In this document: one piece after another, positions 47,507-48,405 of the stretch
How positions within the stretch are numbered: the stretch's first letter is position 1
Layout: every line of letters begins with the position of its first letter
From: Dehalococcoidia bacterium
GTDB lineage: Bacteria > Chloroflexota > Dehalococcoidia > Lucifugimonadales > UBA3495
Reading direction: 5' to 3'
Assembly (NCBI GenBank): GCA_030740155.1
Contig: JASLXV010000068.1
Span: forward strand, 1 to 48,405
Length of the DNA: 48,405 nt
Made by a program: the position numbers and the translations under genes
The notes under the pieces: generated by a model
The model's database searches: none
Told to the model about the DNA's origin: nothing
The model's input: the letters and a program-made list of their open reading frames with translations, nothing else

Positions 47507-48109
47507 ATGCTACCTCCGAAGACTGAACAGCTTCGGAATGAATCGGGCATCATCGGCATTGAGGCGGCCATAATGGTGATTGCCCTCGTGGTCGTCGCGG
47601 TCGGCTTCGCTAACGCCGCGATAACCTCCGGCGTCCTCTTCTCCAACACGGCCCAAGAGACCATCCAGAGTACATTGGGGCGCCTGGATGTCATGGAACT
47701 CAGGGGCTCGGTCGTTGTGACCGCCTCCACCACTGGCGCCTCCGGCGTGGTGTCGGACATAGTCCTCCAGGTGGCTAGCGCCGGCGGCGGGGAGTCCATC
47801 GACCTGACCCCAGGCAAGATAATCGTCAAGTATTCCGACTCGAGCCAGTCCAGGACATTTGACTCCCCTTCCAGCTTCTCGGTGACGGGACTTGGCAGCA
47901 CCGACTCGGACATGTTCCTGGAGCCGAACGAGTTGTACGAAATCAGGCTGAGCGGCCTGGACTCGACCGTGGGCGGTTCGGACCAGCTCGCCAACCCCCT
48001 GGGCCCCGACACGATGTTCAGCCTGGAATTGATCCCGCCCAACGGCTCGGTGTTGCTTGTCCAACGGAGCACACCCACCTCCCTAGACACAATCATGCGG
48101 CTCAACTGA
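47507..48109 (+). CDS. Archaellin (archaeal flagellin, ArlB/FlaB-like)
   Basis: Class III signal peptide LRNESG|IIGIEAAIMVIALVVVAVGFA, MELRGSVV, AGGGESIDL, DSDMFLEPNELYEI, FSLELIPPNGSVLLVQRSTP. Confidence 0.88.
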   Translation: MLPPKTEQLRNESGIIGIEAAIMVIALVVVAVGFANAAITSGVLFSNTAQETIQSTLGRLDVMELRGSVVVTASTTGASGVVSDIVLQVASAGGGESIDLTPGKIIVKYSDSSQSRTFDSPSSFSVTGLGSTDSDMFLEPNELYEIRLSGLDSTVGGSDQLANPLGPDTMFSLELIPPNGSVLLVQRSTPTSLDTIMRLN

Positions 48110-48405
48110 ACCCGCAACCGCCCGGCCTCTGTGTTTACCGCGCTCGCTACGGCGCCCGAGGCTCGGTTGGCGCCGGCCGGGGTCTCCAACCCCGTCGAGT
48201 ACGATCGTCTTCCAAGCCCCAAACCCCTGGCACTACCGTGCGGCCAACGTATGTGCCGAGTATCCGAATTGAAAGCGTGACTAGGGCTGCATCTTTCGCA
48301 TGCTCGACTGTTGGCAACCAGCACAAATGGGACAGTTTGGGACCCGAGAGATCAGATGTGTGGAAGAGCTTGGGTGAGCTGCCTGAGGGTCCGGTTATGA
48401 AGTCT

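Overview
GC-rich bacterial chromosomal window whose gene content points to Chloroflexota, probably Dehalococcoidia/SAR202-like (inference from the F420-type LLM enzyme, CoA-dependent catabolic genes, the archaellin, and the rpmH-rnpA-yidD-PQQ propeller-yidC-jag order). The first ~1.8 kb looks like the right end of an element integrated in tRNA-Glu(CTC). It carries a truncated McrA/HNH-head-like ORF missed by the ORF track, a CPBP protease and a TnpB/Cas12-like N-terminal remnant, and ends at a duplicated tRNA 3' half. The rest is mostly core and metabolic genes: the rpmH operon, purF/purM/purH, smpB, an S41 protease, an HMGS-like-DUF35 fusion with a thiolase, acyl-CoA dehydrogenases, hemA, MFS transporters, minCDE, an NnrS-like protein and an M20 hydrolase. 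The highlights are at the right end: a two-gene operon encoding a UGSC-type selenoprotein (in-frame UGA in U-G-S-C, split in two by the ORF track) with a large partner protein, followed by a stand-alone archaeal-type flagellin (archaellin). Several genes carry single-base homopolymer frameshifts or premature stops (decay or assembly error). A REP/MITE-like repeat family occurs four times. All family assignments come from motif recognition by eye, not database searches.
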